Assembly (NCBI RefSeq): GCF_046498435.1
Contig: NZ_JAWOAR010000207.1
Span: 1 to 37,820, forward strand
Length of the DNA stretch: 37,820 bases
Direction of reading: 5' to 3'
Source of the DNA: Longimonas sp.
GTDB taxonomy: Bacteria > Bacteroidota > Rhodothermia > Rhodothermales > Salinibacteraceae
Made by a program: the position numbers and the translations under genes. The notes under the pieces were generated by a model. The model was not told the origin of the DNA and did not search any database. It worked only from the letters and a program-made list of their open reading frames with translations. Within the stretch, counting starts at the first letter, position 1. The number at the start of each line of letters is the position of its first letter. Shown one piece after another: positions 36,925 through 37,820 of this stretch.

Positions 36925-37788
36925 ATGCTTCTATACTGGTTTCTCTTTGGTGTGGGGTCTGTGCTGGGGGGTGCGGACCTTACACCATTTCTTTTGGATG
37001 CAACGGACCGCGCTGCTCCACAGGCGGCAGTCTACACCGCTGCTCCCGATACCACCGATGACACAGTGGCCGAGGCCCGAGAGGCGCTTGCACTGTCCGT
37101 ACCCCGTGCTGCGTCCCCTCGCAACCTGCACCCGGTGCCCGGCATCACGCTGAACACGCCCACTGCGTTTGGGGCGCGCCTCGGACAGATCTACGGCGGG
37201 GTGCACTTTCAGCATCGCATTCGCTACGCCACCTGGCAAGACGGCGTGGCAAGCGGCGGCGCAGGGCTGGGCGATCCGCAGCGCTGGGTCGGACTCGACG
37301 TCACGCTCACGGTGCTCGATACCTACACCGATTTCGCTGAAGACCGAGCGCTAAGCTGGAAGTTGCACCGCCAGTTCGGATCGCGCTGGGCGGTCGCCCT
37401 CGGCCACGAAAACATGTGGCACACCGAGGGCACTGATGGTGGAAGCAGCCGCTACGCTGTCGTGTCGCACGTGCTGCGGCAGAATCACTGGCGCACCACG
37501 GCGTTCATTGTGAGCGCAGGCATCGGCAACGACCGCTTCTTGCCCGAACGCCAGTTTCAACAGCGCGACGACGGACTCAACACCTTTGGCAGCGTAGCCG
37601 CTCGGGTGCATCCGGCCATGCATGTGGTGGCGAATTGGACCGGCCAGGACCTGGCGCTCGGCCTCTCGGTAACGCCGTTTGAACGCGTGCCGCTGGTGTT
37701 TAGTCCGGCCCTGGTCGACCTCACCGGGCGTGCCGGCGACGGCGTGCGCTTCTCGGCCAGCCTAGGCATGGCCGTTACGCTGTGGTGA
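36925..37788 (+). CDS. Hypothetical outer-membrane beta-barrel protein
   Basis: Hydrophobic N terminus; about 12 short amphipathic Gly-rich strands; ends in an aromatic residue (SLGMAVTLW). Confidence 0.75.
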   Translation: MLLYWFLFGVGSVLGGADLTPFLLDATDRAAPQAAVYTAAPDTTDDTVAEAREALALSVPRAASPRNLHPVPGITLNTPTAFGARLGQIYGGVHFQHRIRYATWQDGVASGGAGLGDPQRWVGLDVTLTVLDTYTDFAEDRALSWKLHRQFGSRWAVALGHENMWHTEGTDGGSSRYAVVSHVLRQNHWRTTAFIVSAGIGNDRFLPERQFQQRDDGLNTFGSVAARVHPAMHVVANWTGQDLALGLSVTPFERVPLVFSPALVDLTGRAGDGVRFSASLGMAVTLW

Positions 37789-37820
37789 CCCGGAGCCGAC
37801 ATGAATTAACTGACTGGCTG

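Overview
GC-rich, gene-dense chromosomal segment. The acidic proteins, a T9SS-type C-terminal domain and a stand-alone gyrA point to a halophilic Rhodothermota/Bacteroidota-like organism of the Salinibacteraceae type (inference). Core genes: a small membrane protein, ndk, lipA, lysine 6-aminotransferase, gyrA, a glycerophosphodiester phosphodiesterase, a DegP-like protease, aroC, crtI, an AidB-like acyl-CoA dehydrogenase, an RND efflux triad, an SlyD-type PPIase, a fasciclin protein and PcrA/UvrD. Accessory items: (i) an uncharacterised two-gene module at the right end, made of a secreted CxxC helical protein and a predicted ~12-stranded outer-membrane beta-barrel, which is the best candidate for an undescribed export/surface system; (ii) a BphP/Rcp1-type three-gene phosphorelay with no recognisable photosensory motif directly upstream of crtI; (iii) crtI bracketed by two direct copies of a palindromic repeat; (iv) a mosaic of co-varying GGGA-loop hairpins and a perfect GTAG palindrome at 23.2-23.7 kb, part of which recurs at 32.6 kb; (v) two tandem Uma2 nuclease genes with a near-identical core and divergent flanks; (vi) a MATE transporter that looks haloarchaeal; (vii) a 4x15-bp tandem repeat between gyrA and the phosphodiesterase gene. 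I found no rRNA, tRNA, CRISPR array, integrase or transposase. All family assignments come from motif recognition, all alignments were counted by hand, and no database search was run.
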